Origin: Octopus sinensis
Lineage: Eukaryota
Length of the DNA stretch: 64,000 nt
Direction: 5' to 3'
Assembly: GCF_006345805.1 (NCBI RefSeq)
Contig: NC_043022.1
Span: 24,056,001-24,120,000, forward strand
Shown here: in pieces, positions 13,088-26,045 of the stretch
Position numbering within the stretch: the first letter of the stretch is position 1
How the letters are laid out: each line of letters begins with the position of its first letter
Position numbers and translations under genes: made by a program
The notes under the pieces: model-generated
What the model was told of the DNA's origin: nothing
Database searches by the model: none
What the model saw: the letters and a program-made list of their open reading frames with translations, nothing else

Positions 13088-13460
13088 TAGGTGGCTGTGT
13101 GGTAAGTAGCTTGCTTACCAACCACATGGTTCCGGGTTCAGTCCCACTGCATGGCACCTTGGGCAAGTGTCTTCTACTATAGCCTCGGGTCGACCAAAGC
13201 CTTGTGAGTGGATTTGGTAGACAGAAACTGAAAGAAGCCCGTCGTATATATATATATATATGTGTCTGTGTTTGTCTCCCCAACATCGCTTGACAGCCGA
13301 TGCTGGTGTGTTTATGTCCCTGTAAACTAGCGGTTCGGCATAAGAGACCGATAGAATAAATACTAGGCTTACAAAGAATAAGTCCTGGGGTCGATTTGCT
13401 CGACTAAAGGCGGTGCTCCAGCATGGTCACAGTCAAATAACTGAAACAAGGAAAAGAGTA
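13088..13460 (+). mobile_element. SINE family A, near full length, in the last intron
   Basis: GGTGGCTGTGTGGTAAG head through CTGAAACAAGGAAAAGAGTA tail. Confidence 0.85.
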
Positions 13461-14201
13461 TATGAAACAAACTACTAGCCTTTCTTGACTACTCCAGAAG
13501 GTAATTAACAGTGACAGGGATTTAAGTATAAAATCATACAACAGCTAACAATCTTGTTGATTCTGTTGGAACAATCTCTTGTAACAGGTAACAAGAGCCA
13601 ATGAGGGAGCCCTACAAGGTCTCACAAGTTGCTAGAAATAGAAACTACATCCTACTTCCGAGAAAAAAAGGATATATTGGATGTGGTCATATTTACAATA
13701 TTATGTCTGAAAACTAAATGACAAGATGGTCATGGCTAAGACCTTTCAGTATAGGTCTGCTGGGTCAAAATTGACCAAAGGCTAAACAACAATATCTATA
13801 ACCATTAATACAGATCATTTAATATTCCTCATCCATGCTGGCAATGGGTTGGATGGTTTGACAGGAGCTTGCAAGCCATAGGACTGCACCAAGCTCCAAT
13901 GTCTAATTCTCCACAATTTACAGAGTGGACTGGGTGCTTTGTACATGGCATCAGAACTGGTGAGGTCTAGCACCACTCAAAACTTAGAAAATTTTTTTTC
14001 TAATTTCTAGAGCATAAACCTAATTACACACTGTCTGTTTGCTTCTGTGTTGATAAATTATTTTGCACCATACATTACATGGGTAAAATAAAAGAAACAG
14101 CCAGAACTGGGATGTCTTTGATTAGGGTCGACCAAGATCAAAGCAGTTAGGGGTCACTAACAGGAAGGTCATGGCCGGAACCAAAGAGCAAATCTACGTA
14201 C

Positions 14202-14391
14202 CGTTCACGTTCTTCTTCTTTCCTTCTGTCATGCAGACTCAGCTCCCTCTCCCGCTCCTTCTCCCGTTCATCGGTTTTGGGCCACGTTGGCGGAGTAGGG
14301 AAAGATGAAGGTGTCTTGTGTAAGCGGTTCCATTCTGGAGACAGTGTTGACATGCTGGACAGTTCTCTGGCACCATTAAATAAACTATTTC
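14202..14391 (-). CDS. AUTS2: AUTS2-like exon GNSLFNGARELSSMSTLSPEWNRLHKTPSSFPTPPTW...EEERER, phase 1->2
   Basis: Acceptor ctttgtgtcttgcag|GA, donor CG|gtacgt. WNRLHKTPSSFPTPP matches the family motif WNRLHRTPPSFPTPP. Confidence 0.93.
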
Positions 14392-15199
14392 CTGCAAGAC
14401 ACAAAGAGAACGGGTTAAAGATTTAGAAGTCTTTAGAATACAAGCAAAAAATAGGGATTCAGTCAGAAATGTGATGACATTAAGATCATTGGGGGGGGAC
14501 ACACACACAGAAGGAGACTTTAAGGGGGTCCACCAACCGTCAATATCTCTGTTTATATATATTATCATCTGACGCCATGATAGATTGTGGTGGGAGGAGA
14601 GGAGAGTGGTAGGGAAGGTGGTGATGATGGGATAGGGGGCAGACAGCGTAACAGAGAGAGAGAGAGACAATGATGATGTGGAAGGAGAGAGAGAAGTCAA
14701 AGGAGAGAGCAGCAGCATAGAGAGAAGGTGGAGGACTAACTGGTAAGAGAGAAGGGAGTACACGTAAGTGCTACTCAAAAGCTGTGTATATATAATATAT
14801 AAGTGATAGGTATAAAATCATACAACAGCTAACAATCTTGTTGATTCTGTTGGAACAATCTCTTGTAACAGGTAACAAGAGCCAATGAGGGAGCCCTACA
14901 AGGTCTCACAAGTTGCTAGAAATAGAAACTACATCCTACTTCCAAGAAAAAAGGATATATTGGATGTGGTCTTATTTACAATATTATGTCTGAAAACTAA
15001 ATGACAAGATGGTCACGGCTAAGACCTTTCAGTATAGGTCTGCTGGGTCAAAATTGACCAAAGGCTAAACAACAATATCTATAACCATTCATACGTAATG
15101 TGTGATTACTGGATTGTAGAGAAAGGTAAATTCAGCATAAGGTAGAGGGGACAGGTTTCACAAGGTAAACTGTTGACGTTTAAAGTAAGTAGTTCTTAC

Positions 15200-15253
15200 C
15201 TAGACCAGGGAAGCCAACACTGTACGGAGATGGCCGTGCAAATGGTGATACAC
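15200..15253 (-). CDS. AUTS2: AUTS2-like 54-nt exon GVSPFARPSPYSVGFPGL, phase 1->1
   Basis: Acceptor ttttttgcttgtatttcag|GT, donor CTAG|gtaaga. PFARPS resembles vertebrate PFNRPS. Confidence 0.88.
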   Translation of the reverse strand: MYHHLHGHLRTVLASLV

Positions 15254-16566
15254 CTGAAATACAAGCAAAAAATAGGGATTCAGTCAGAAATTTGATGACA
15301 TTAAGATTACTGGGGGCAGGAGACTTTAAGGGGGTCCGCCAACCGTCAATATCTCTGTTGATATATATTATCATCTGATGCCATGATAGATCGTTAGCCA
15401 CTACACACATTTTTTTCTCTCCTTGTTTTTTCTGTGTCCCTTTCTGTAGAAGAGCATAGGCTCGAAACGTTATACTAATACAGCTGTTTGTTTTGTACAC
15501 CACCTGTCTTCGTCTTTTGTTTTTTTTTCATAAACTGTCCCTATATTTTATCATCTGTATGTTTGTATGACAGTACATTCAATAATGTCACACACGACAA
15601 TAGATACAATATATTATACACACACAACAGTAGACAGAGTATATTACACACATACGTGAGAGTACATACAGTGCCTCACACACACATACAGAAAAATACA
15701 GGCATGCCTCAACTTAGGTCATCTCAAGTTGTGTCTTTCTCGACTTCACATTGGTTTTTTTTCTTTCTTAAAAAAAATGACTAGAAAGAAATAAACCTCA
15801 ACTTGAGTCAATCTATCTGACTTTAACATCAGTATCAAGTAAACATATTTAAAAACATAGAAATTCAAAAAGAACCTAAAACCCAACACTGAAGTAGAAA
15901 ATCAAATAAAACACGTGTAAATCATTTAAAACACACATAAGGCAAATCACCATCATTTAATGTTCGCCTTCCATGTTAGAACGGGTTGGACAGTTTGACA
16001 GGAGTCAGCCAGGTGGGAGATTGCACTAGGCTTTGGTATAGTTTTTACAGTTAAATGCCCTTCCTAATACTAACCACCTTGCTGAGTGGACTCAGTGCTT
16101 TTTACGTGGCACCAGCACAGGAGAGGTCGGTTTCGGCATAGTTTTTACAGCTGGATGCCTTTCCAAATGCCAAACACTTCACAGTGTGGTCTGGATGCTT
16201 CTTACGTGGCACCTGCAGAGTCACCAAATAACTTGCAAGACAAGGAATCCTTGAGAGGGGGACAGGGAATCTTGTGCCAGATGATGAAAGGTTAGGGTGT
16301 TACATTGTTTTTCAAGTCAAGTCAAATTTTTTGGAACTGATTCTGATGTAAGTTGAGGTGTCCCTGTATAAACAATATCTCACTCATACACACGCAACAG
16401 TAGATTTGAATCAGTGAGACCCTAAGGACCTTACCTATATGAGCTGGGTTTAAAAAGCTGCTGTGGTGTGTGGGCCCTGAATCAAATGGAGGTCTTGTAG
16501 ATCCTGAAACGAAACAGAATATATAATAATGAGTGTTTATTTATTCACATTGTTTCAAATTAATCA

Positions 16567-16866
<300 letters not shown>

Positions 16867-17789
16867 CTAGAATAGAAAAAATACAGAACAAGATGAATTA
16901 CATCAAGATCATTAACATCATCATCAATATATATATATATACATTAGTTTCAAATTTTGGCACAAGGCCAGCAATTTCGGGGGAGGTGTTAAGTCGATAA
17001 CTTCGACCCCAGGACCCAACTGGTATTTATTTTATTGACTCTGAAAGGATGAAAGGCAAAGTTGATCTCAGCAGCATTTGAACTCGGAATGTAAAGCCAG
17101 ATGAAATGTTGCTAAGTATTATGCCTGGTGTGCTAATGATTCTGCCAGCTTGCCGCATTCATCAATATATACATGTTGTTAGTTATTCCATCAAGTCAGT
17201 TTAGTCATTGGACGGTTTGACAGGAGTCAGCCAGGTGGGAGGCTTTGGCATGGTTTTTACAGTTAGATGCCCTTCCTAATACTAACCACCTTGCAGAGTG
17301 AACTCAGAGCTTACGTGGCACCAACACAGGAGAGGTCAGTTTCGGCATAGTTTTTACAGCTGGATGCCCTTCCAAATGCCAAACACTTCACAGTGTGGCC
17401 TGGATGCTTCTCATGTGGCACCTGCAGAGTCACCAAATAACTTGCAAGACAAGGAATCCTTGAGAGGGGGACAGGGCATCTTGTGCCAGATGATGAAAGG
17501 TTAGATGATAGCTTAAAGCATGATGTGTTAAGTGTAGTATTGATATTAGGTGTGAGTGTGTGTGTCGATATATCTTCTGAGCTGGTTGCTTGTGCACATG
17601 CACACACGTTTTGTAATTAGCACCTGCACGATAAAATAAAGGGGAAGGCAGCTGAGCAACAATCATGTAGTTATTAGTTTATTATGGAATTTAATGTTGT
17701 CGGTTACTCATATAAGAGCTTGAAAAAGTAAAAGACCCACAGTGGGGGTGGGCATGGCTGGAGATGAAGTGAAAAGGGTATGTAGTTAC

Positions 17790-17879
17790 CTTTGGTGTCA
17801 CTGGAGAAGGACCAGGTTTCACACGTTCTCGAAGAGACAGTAAAGCTGGGTCAGATGATATACCCCCAGGATTGATGGT
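17790..17879 (-). CDS. AUTS2: AUTS2-like 90-nt exon TINPGGISSDPALLSLRERVKPGPSPVTPK, phase 0->0
   Basis: Acceptor ttgtctccacag|ACC, donor AAG|gtaact. In frame, and sits where vertebrate TSNP...PMLR lies between GAFQPK and KPGKW. Confidence 0.8.
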
Positions 17880-19124
17880 CTGTGGAGACAATGGTGACAT
17901 TTAAAAACATGTTGAGTTATGACACAGAGCTGGGGTGGATGACATAATTGTAGTAATAGCAAGCAGAAAGGGTGGTGGTGGAAGATAACAGCTGTGGCAT
18001 GTGATGGAAAGACAGGTATGACATGATTGTACAGGTAGTAAGAGACTGTAAATGGAGGATGACAGATGTGCTTGTGTGATTGTAAGGATAGTAAATATTA
18101 ACATAATTGTATGGGAGTAGATGCAGGTGGGTGAGGGGGGGGCAGGTGTGGTATGCGAGAGTAAAGTTTGTTAATGGGGAGGAGACAACAGGTGTGGCAA
18201 GCTCTCATTCTATACCATAGAGAAGTACAAAGCAACTCATTAACACCATATAGTTAATTAGGTAATCTTGATCTCCAACTTAATGAGGAGGTTGTGTTAG
18301 AACACAGAGTACTGCTTCGTTTACCTTGAGAGGATCTCTCATAAGGTTTCATGAGAATTCTCTGCTGTGGCCACTGGAACTGTCAGATCATGTAATTTCA
18401 CCCTGCTGTGGGTTTCTCAGTGACAGATATCCAGCAGCAGATAACAGCTGAATCTCCCTTCAGCGATATACAAAATCTCGGTGTCTACTCGAGCAAATAG
18501 CTAGAGGGTGTATTAAAAAAATAATTAATAGTGAAAGAAACAGAATACTATTAATAAATACCCAAAGGTTAAATTGGAAGTCAAGATTACCTTTTGCTAT
18601 TAATACTGCTCTTCTGTTGCTTTGAATAATTTAATTACGGTTTTGTTAGACCCTGTTTTGCTAATTTCAAATCCTCCCACTAGTTTTGGTCATGTTACTC
18701 CCACACACTTATACACATACAGAAGCAAATGATCCCTATTATGCACCCTATGTCTAATTATGAATTTTAGATCTTCCACTACTACTACTGCAGTCACCAC
18801 CACGCTTGTAATTATTATCACTAACATAACATGTTAACATTACCACTAACCCCTCCACCACCACCATTACCATAAACGACAAACACTTTAATTAACATCA
18901 TTACTGTTACCCCACCTCCTCATATTGCTACTGCAGCTCGTCTCAATAAACAACCTACCACCATCAACCCTAGAATTATCCTCTCCCTTACTACAACAAC
19001 CCCCTTTTCCTCTGCTAATTAACAGGCTGAAAGCCACCCCCTTTAATCCTATTAGTACAAAGATGATGATAGCTGCCAATATTGAGACATCAGTAGCTGG
19101 TAATCTAGTGATATTTAGCTGGTG

Positions 19125-19512
19125 GAGTATGTGTGAAAGACTGACCATGGTCCTTGGCTTGAGAGCACAAGGATGACCTCGTCTTCGTTCCAAGGATGTC
19201 TGCAAGAGTGATTGATACGAAGTCAAGAGATCAGGATGTCCTGAGATGGGAGGAGGTCGGAAATGATTGCCCACGCTGGAGGCAAGTACTCTATGCAAGG
19301 GGATCGAAATAATCATGGGGAAACTGGATCTTGCCAGCAAAGAAAAGCCCACTTGAAGAACAGAAAAGTGTAGAGAGCTTCTTCAAATGCAGCCGCTATG
19401 TGCAAAACTTCCACTGCTGCATGGGCTCGTATAGTCACAGTGGGTGCGGCACCACCGTCAGCAGCTGACACGAAATTCTCCAGGTTCAGACCCATGGTCT
19501 TTCAAGACCAAT
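19125..19512 (+). mobile_element. Decayed 3' end of an RTE-clade LINE
   Basis: Frameshifted translation G*PRLRSKDVCKSD...WEEVGNDCPRWRQ, then FKCSRY...GSYSH (C-terminal Cys/His motif) and CCATGGTCTTTCAAGAC. These are typical of RTE ORF2 ends (recalled). Confidence 0.7.
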
Positions 19513-19984
19513 GAATGCCTGTCTGTCTGTGTGTGTATGTGTTTATCATCCACATCATCATAGTTTAACATCCCCTTTTTTCCATGTCAGCTCTGAATGG
19601 TGGATGTTGAAAGCAATGACCAAACCCTCTCTTTACACTAAATGAATGGGGTTTTACTAGTTGTTGGGGATCACAGAGTTTGTATTGACAGTAAAAGAAC
19701 AGAGGGGGAGAAAAGGGAGGAATCTGTTATGCCACTTAATATTTGAACAATAATAATCATAATGATGATGATAATCCTTTCTAACATAGGGCACAAGGCC
19801 TCAAATTCGGGAGAGAGTTGGGGACTAGTTTATTGCATCGACCCCTGAAAGGATGAAAGATGAAATTGACTAAAATAATAATAATAATAATGGTAATATA
19901 TTTGTTGTGCAAGATTTTTTATGTGAAATTGTGTGTTGAAACAGATATTGTTGTATTTAGGAATGGCCAAAATAAGATTAAGAT

Positions 19985-20190
19985 TCTCTTTTACTCTTTT
20001 CAGTCATTTGACTGCGGCCATGCTGGAGCACCACCTTTAATCGAGCAACTCGACCCCGGGACTTATTCTTTTGTAAGCCCAGTACTTATTCTATCAGTCT
20101 CTTTTGCCAAACCGCTAAGTAACGGGGACATAAACACACCAGCATCGGTTGTCAAGCGATGCTAGTGAGACAAACACAGACATACAAACG

Positions 20191-20232
<42 letters not shown>

Positions 20233-20403
20233 CATATATATGACGGGCTTCTTTCAGTTTCCATCTACCAAATCCACTCACAAGGCTTTGGTTGGCCTGA
20301 GGCTATAGTAGAAGACACTTGCCCAAGGTGCCACGCAGTGGGACTGAACCGGGAACCATGTGGTTGGTAAGCAAGCTACTTACCACACAGCCACTCCTGC
20401 GCC
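19985..20403 (-). mobile_element. SINE family A, full length
   Basis: Complete head-to-tail match to the other copies. Confidence 0.88.
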
Positions 20404-20561
20404 TATCAATGTAAAAAATAAATAACGCTGAAACAAAGTAACACCAAATATATATAGTGTGCGTGTTTTTATTGGCTAAACTGGCAAAATGACCATTCCT
20501 AAATACAAAAATTATGGTAATAAATGTAGGGAAATAAAAGCAAGAAATATAGAAGAATTAC

Positions 20562-20660
20562 TTTAGGTTGAAAAGCCCCAGGTATGCCAGAATTTAAGGG
20601 GGCAGTTCCTGGAGCAGCTGGGGTCAGCAGTGAGGGTAAAGCATAACTGAGTCCCGGAAT
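20562..20660 (-). CDS. AUTS2: AUTS2-like 99-nt exon IPGLSYALPSLLTPAAPGTAPLNSGIPGAFQPK, phase 0->0
   Basis: Acceptor cgttccacag|ATT, donor AAA|gtaatt. Ends in the family motif GAFQPK. Confidence 0.92.
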
Positions 20661-20740
20661 CTGTGGAACGATAGAAGAAATTTTTATTAGTTTGGTTGGT
20701 TTAGCATTCAAATGAAGTTATGGTTATACATACATACATA

Positions 20741-21148
20741 TACTCTTTACTCTCTTTTACTTGTTTCAGTCAGTTGACTGCGGCCATGCTGGTGCACCAC
20801 CTTTAGTCAAGCAACTCGATGCAGGACTTATTCTTTGTAAGCCCAGTACTTATTCTATTGTCTCTTTTGCCGAACCGCTAGGTTACGGGGACATAAACAC
20901 ACCAGCATCGGTTGTCAAGCAATGCTAGGGGGACAAACACAGACACACAAACATACATACACACATATATATATATATATATACATACATATATACGACA
21001 GGCTTCTTTCAGTTTCCGTCTAACAAATCCACTCACAAGGCTTTGGTTGGCCCGAGGCTATAGTAGAAGACACTTGCCCAAGGTGCCACGCAGTGGGACT
21101 GAACCTGGAACCATGTGGTTGGTAAGCAAGCTACTTACCACACAGTCA
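20741..21148 (-). mobile_element. SINE family A, near full length
   Basis: Same consensus; fills most of the intron between exons 21292 and 20660. Confidence 0.88.
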
Positions 21149-21291
21149 TATTTACACACACGCAAACACAGCTACATACACAAACATGTGTATGTCTTGC
21201 CACACACACACACACACACACACACACACCATGTCCACACTACAGTCATAGCAATAACAGTTGCAAATGTTGAAAAGAGTGAATAACTTAC

Positions 21292-21336
21292 TCCTTGGCG
21301 GTAGAATGAGGGCTCATATCGGGGGATTTTCTCAAA
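21292..21336 (-). CDS. AUTS2: AUTS2-like 45-nt exon FEKIPRYEPSFYRQG, phase 0->0
   Basis: Acceptor atttttacttgcag|TTT, donor GGA|gtaagt. Equivalent to vertebrate FDKYPTKVDPFYRHS (recalled). Confidence 0.9.
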
Positions 21337-22399
21337 CTGCAAGTAAAAATATGGAAATACTGGATAAGAACAGAGTGAAACAGGATCAAGAAAGAAAGGT
21401 AAACCCACAAAAATATAACACACACACAAACGATCTCTGTAACTGGAGAAGGGGGGAAAAAAAACAAACACTGAATACTTTTACAAGGATGGAACCTTTG
21501 TCCAAGGAGTATATGTGCTGCTGTGTCCATGTCTTTACCCACAAGACCATTGAGACAACAACAATTTCTAGTTTGAAAATAATATATTTAAACCTATAAA
21601 ACTAATGTAATCACCAATCATTAAAATAGATTTAAGTATCACATTTTTGGTATAAGTAGTATTACTGGCCTTATAGGCCAGAGGATAAGGGGGGTGGCTT
21701 ACAAACAAGACAGTGGGGTAGACAGTAGGCGTTTTGCTCGTGATCACCAGTCCATCAGATGTAGTTACACATCGCATTGTTTTAGCCTTCAAATGACGCC
21801 ACCCCACTGGCTAAGCGAGCAGGCCAACAGAAGAAAGAGTGGGAGAAAGAGTGGTGAAATAGTACACCCCCTGCTGGAGCCTCGTGGAACTTTTAGGTGT
21901 TTCCGCTCAATAAACATTTACAACACATATATATATATATTTATATATATATATATATACACACACATATATAAAAAAGCCAAGAATAAACATTTTAGAA
22001 ACCAAATAGCAAGAATTATGTGAAAATACGTATAAAAACCTTCAAACAAGACCAAAACCTAAAATCCAACAGTGGGAACATTATTTCATCATTTTTGGAG
22101 CCAACCCATTTGAGCTTACTCCATGATTCCAAGACACAAACTTCCTGATTTATACTAATGTAAATGAAAACCTTTCATCAAAATTCTAAGTTAATTTATA
22201 TTTGACAATCATATTATTATTATTATCATTATTAAGGCAGTGAGTGTGAAGAATTGCTACCACACCGAACTAAATGCTTAGTGGCATTTTGTCCATCTTT
22301 ATGTTTTGAGTTCAAATACTGCTGAGGTCGACTAAAAATGGCTGGCCTTGTGCCAAATTTCCACCTCATCATTATTATTATTATTATCATTATTATTAG

Positions 22400-22636
22400 C
22401 CCGTCGTATATATGTATATATATGTGTGTGTGTTTGTGTGTCTGTGTTTGTCTCCCCAACATCGCTTGACAACCGATGCTGGTGTGTTTACGTCCCCGTA
22501 ACTTAGCGGTTCGGCAAAAGAGACCGATAGGCTAAGTACTAGGCTTACAAAGAATAAGTCCTGGGGTCGATTTGCTCGACTAAAAGGCGGTGCTCCAGCA
22601 CGACCGCAGTCAAATGACTGAAACAAATAAAAGAGA
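22400..22636 (+). mobile_element. SINE family A, 3' half
   Basis: GCCCGTCG(TA)n through CTGAAACAAATAAAAGAG. Confidence 0.8.
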
Positions 22637-22792
22637 AAGAGAGAGAGGTGGTGCCCCAGCATGGCCACAGTCTAATGATTGAAAAAAAGGTAAAAGATAT
22701 CAAAGTGATGTCTGGTTACATTCAGGGTACTCTTGGGCAATAATATTGTGCGGCTGATTACAGAGTTTACTGATGATGGTTCAAAAACTTAC

Positions 22793-23001
22793 CAGGTGCT
22801 GCGCATTGTTGGGCAGTAGAGAAGGTGAGAATGGAGGGGTGCTTAGACCAATCGTGTGTTGGTGTGTGTGTTGATGTTGATGCATATGTTGATGTTGGTG
22901 TTGGTGCATCTCTGTCCTCATGTAGGAGGCCGGTCCGAGCGGAGCGGTTCGGTCATGGGCCAACAACCGGTTGCTCACTTCACGTTGCAAATAGTCAGCA
23001 T
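22793..23001 (-). CDS. AUTS2: AUTS2-like HX-repeat exon ([48 protein letters not shown]...), phase 1->0
   Basis: Acceptor ttgttctctcatag|AT, donor CTG|gtaagt. Strong resemblance to the AUTS2 signature DILRQELNTRFLA...[28 protein letters not shown] (recalled). Confidence 0.95.
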
Positions 23002-23145
23002 CTATGAGAGAACAAAGAAAGGAGGTTAATAAAGAGGGATATCACATGGGAAGCACATTGTAATCTATTATGAACATGTGGAATACCACACGATACATGG
23101 AATACAGTGTAAAACATGATACAGAGAAATTCATACATCAATATA

Positions 23146-23380
23146 TATTTCTTTATTGCCCACAAGGGGCTAAACATAGAGGGGACAAACAAGGACAGAC
23201 AAACGGAGTAAGTCGATTACATCGACCCCAGTGAGTAACTGGTACTTAATTTATCGACCCTGAAAGGATGAAAGGCAAAGTCGACCACGGCGGAATTTGA
23301 ACTCAGAACGTAACGGCAGACGAAATACGGCTACGCATTTCGCCCGGCGTGCTAACGATTCTGCCAGCTTGCCGCCTTAA
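23146..23380 (-). mobile_element. SINE family B monomer (head AAGGCGGCGAGCTGGCAGAA, central GCCTTTCATCC...GGGTCGATAAATTAAGTACC, tail GTAAAGAAATA)
   Basis: Matches copies at ~5860-6010, 17000-17160 and 41677-41908. The central block resembles the Meta/Sauria-type SINE domain (recalled, unverified). Confidence 0.82.
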
Positions 23381-23617
23381 ATTATAATCTATTATGAACA
23401 TATGGGATATCACACGATACATGGAATACAGTGTAAAACATGATACAGAGAAATTCATACATTAATATAAAGAATGTATGTATGTATGTATATACATAAC
23501 ACATATTTTACTTAGGGTAAACCAGTGATATACGTTATGTTAGAGTTTCCTTTATTTATGGGCGATTCCTTAGAAGAACATTGCACTTTTTGTTTGTATT
23601 GAGTACTTCTCCCATTT

Positions 23618-23663
<46 letters not shown>

Positions 23664-23683
23664 TATATATATATATACACACG

Positions 23684-23900
23684 TGGAGGCGCGTGGCTTA
23701 GTGGTTAGGGTATCAGCATCATGATTGTAAGATTGTGGTTTCAATTCCTGGACCGGGTGACACGTTGTGTTCATGAGTAAAACACTTCATATCACGTTGC
23801 TCCAGTCCACTCAGGTGGCAAAAATGAGTAACGCTGTGATGGACTGGTGTCCTGTCCAGCTGGGGAACACATACACCATTGAAACTGGGCCCATGAGCTT
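23684..23900 (+). mobile_element. SINE family E (tRNA-like head, CORE-like TTGAGCAAGACACTT segment), diverged
   Basis: Related copies at ~27480-27745 (-), 45150-45360 (+) and 58130-58420 (+). Confidence 0.65.
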
Positions 23901-25808
23901 TAAAAGGCGCATTTATTTTTTATATATATATATACACACACACACACACAATGAAACCACATACACACATACGATGGACTTCTTTCAGTTTCCATCTACC
24001 AAATCCACTTACAAGGCTTTGGTCGGCCCAACGCTATAGTAGAAGACAGTGGGACTGAACCTGGTATAACATATCAAACTGCTTACCACACAGTCATTAC
24101 TATACCCGTATATATATGTGTGTGTGTGTGTGTCTATTACAGGATTCATCAATGCGCATGTGTGTATAAATATATATGTATACATACAGAATTTGTCAAC
24201 ACACACACACGTTGTCTTAGTGTTGACAAATGGAAGAAAGAGTACTCAATACAAAAAGGTAAATTATTATTATTATTATTATTATCAAGTTACAGCCAGA
24301 ATCCCATTCAGATACCTTGAGCTTCATGTTAACAGATCAAACCTGCCAACACTGGGTACTTGACCAGAGGCCTCTGGATATCTGACTGTGACATACATAC
24401 TAAATAACACACACACACAAAATGACTAGATTTTCTTTCTTCATCCAAGAGAATATCTCTTAAAGTCATGCAAGCATCACCATTTAGTAGTATTAAGTTT
24501 GTTAATTGGTTGTTAATTAGTTGGCATGAACACAGTAGATTGCGGTGGTACCAGAGTGCCACTGTGGAAAAGGTGAGAACTTACTGGGGTTTCATAGAGT
24601 TGACAAAGGAGTTTAAAGATGGGTCAGGGGTTCAACAAGAGAGAAAACAACAGATTCCTGTGGAAGAGCAGGGGATTTGCTTCAATGATGCAGACAGAGG
24701 AAGAGGGGGAGGAGGAGCGAGATTAGGGTACCACATTGAAGAAATGAAAGACGCAGCAGATAAGGAAGGGCAGGAGTCTTTGAGGGTTAATAGTGAAGTG
24801 TTAACATACATACACACACACACACAAACACATTTTTGGCCTGTTTCAGTCACTGGACTGTGGCCATGCTGGAACACTGTTTAGTCAAACAAAATGATCT
24901 CTGATACTTTTCCTATTGGTCCCTTTTTTACTGAACTGCTACATTATGGGGATGTAAACAAACTAACACTGCTTGCCAAGCAGTGGTGGGAGACAAACAC
25001 AAAGACACACACACATAGAAATATACAAATATATATGATGGGTGTCTTTCAGTTTCCATTTACTCTGGTTGGCTCAGGACTGCAGTGGAAGATACTTGCC
25101 TTAGATACCAAGCAGATGTATATATATTCTTTTACTTGTTTCAGTCATTTGACTGCGGCCATACTGGAGCACCGCATTAGTTGAACAAATCACCCCCAGG
25201 ACTTATTCTATCGGTCTCTTTTGCCGAACTGCTAAGTTATAGGAGCGTAAACACACCAACATCGGTTGTCAAGCGATGGTGGGGGACAAACACAAATATA
25301 TATATATATATATATAAAATGGGCTTCTTTCAGTTTCTGTCCACTCACAAGGCTTTGGCTGGGTTGAGGCTGTAGTAGAAGATGCTTGCCCAAGGTGCCA
25401 CGCAGTGGGACTGAACCCGGAACCATGTGGTTGGGAAGCAAGCTTCATACCACACAGCTATGCCTGTTAGTGTTGACAACAGGAAGAGAATCTGGCCATA
25501 AAATCAATTCCCATCTAAGCCAAACCAGCATGGGAAAGAGACATTTTATGGAAATGCGTGTGTATGTATATCTATATATATATATACACACATACACTGT
25601 AAATCACTGAATTTCTATTTCCCACAATCAATACACACAAATATATAGGGTGGGCAGAGGTGATGAGGAGTAATTTGGTTTTGACATAATAAAAGTGGAT
25701 CAATTCCTTTGGTTTCATATATGAAAGTGGAGAAGAAGAGAAGGAGGGTGTTAACAGAAGAGGATAGAGGAAAAAGACAATCAAACAGACTGACAAGATC
25801 ACACATTC

Positions 25809-25809
<1 letters not shown>

Positions 25810-25862
<53 letters not shown>

Positions 25863-25935
25863 GTGTGTGTATATATATATATGTGTATGTATATATGTGT
25901 ATGTATGTATGTGTGTGTATGTATGTGTGTGTATG

Positions 25936-25966
<31 letters not shown>

Positions 25967-26045
25967 GTATATATATGTGTGTGTATATATATGTATATGT
26001 ATGTATGTGTATGTATGTGTATATGTATGTGTATGTATGTGTATA
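25810..26045. repeat. Compound (TA)n/(TG)n microsatellite
   Basis: Direct reading. Confidence 0.95.

Noticed and set aside
18888-19352. 154-aa minus ORF as the exon between GAFQPK and KTGKW
   Set aside because: It overlaps the antisense RTE relic and has no good donor; the 17790-17879 exon fills the gap in phase.
20912-21286. Recurrent ORFs such as RRASFSFRLPNPLTRLWSARGYSRRHLPKVP and FQSFDCGHAGAPP
   Set aside because: Translations of SINE family A repeated throughout the window; not genes.
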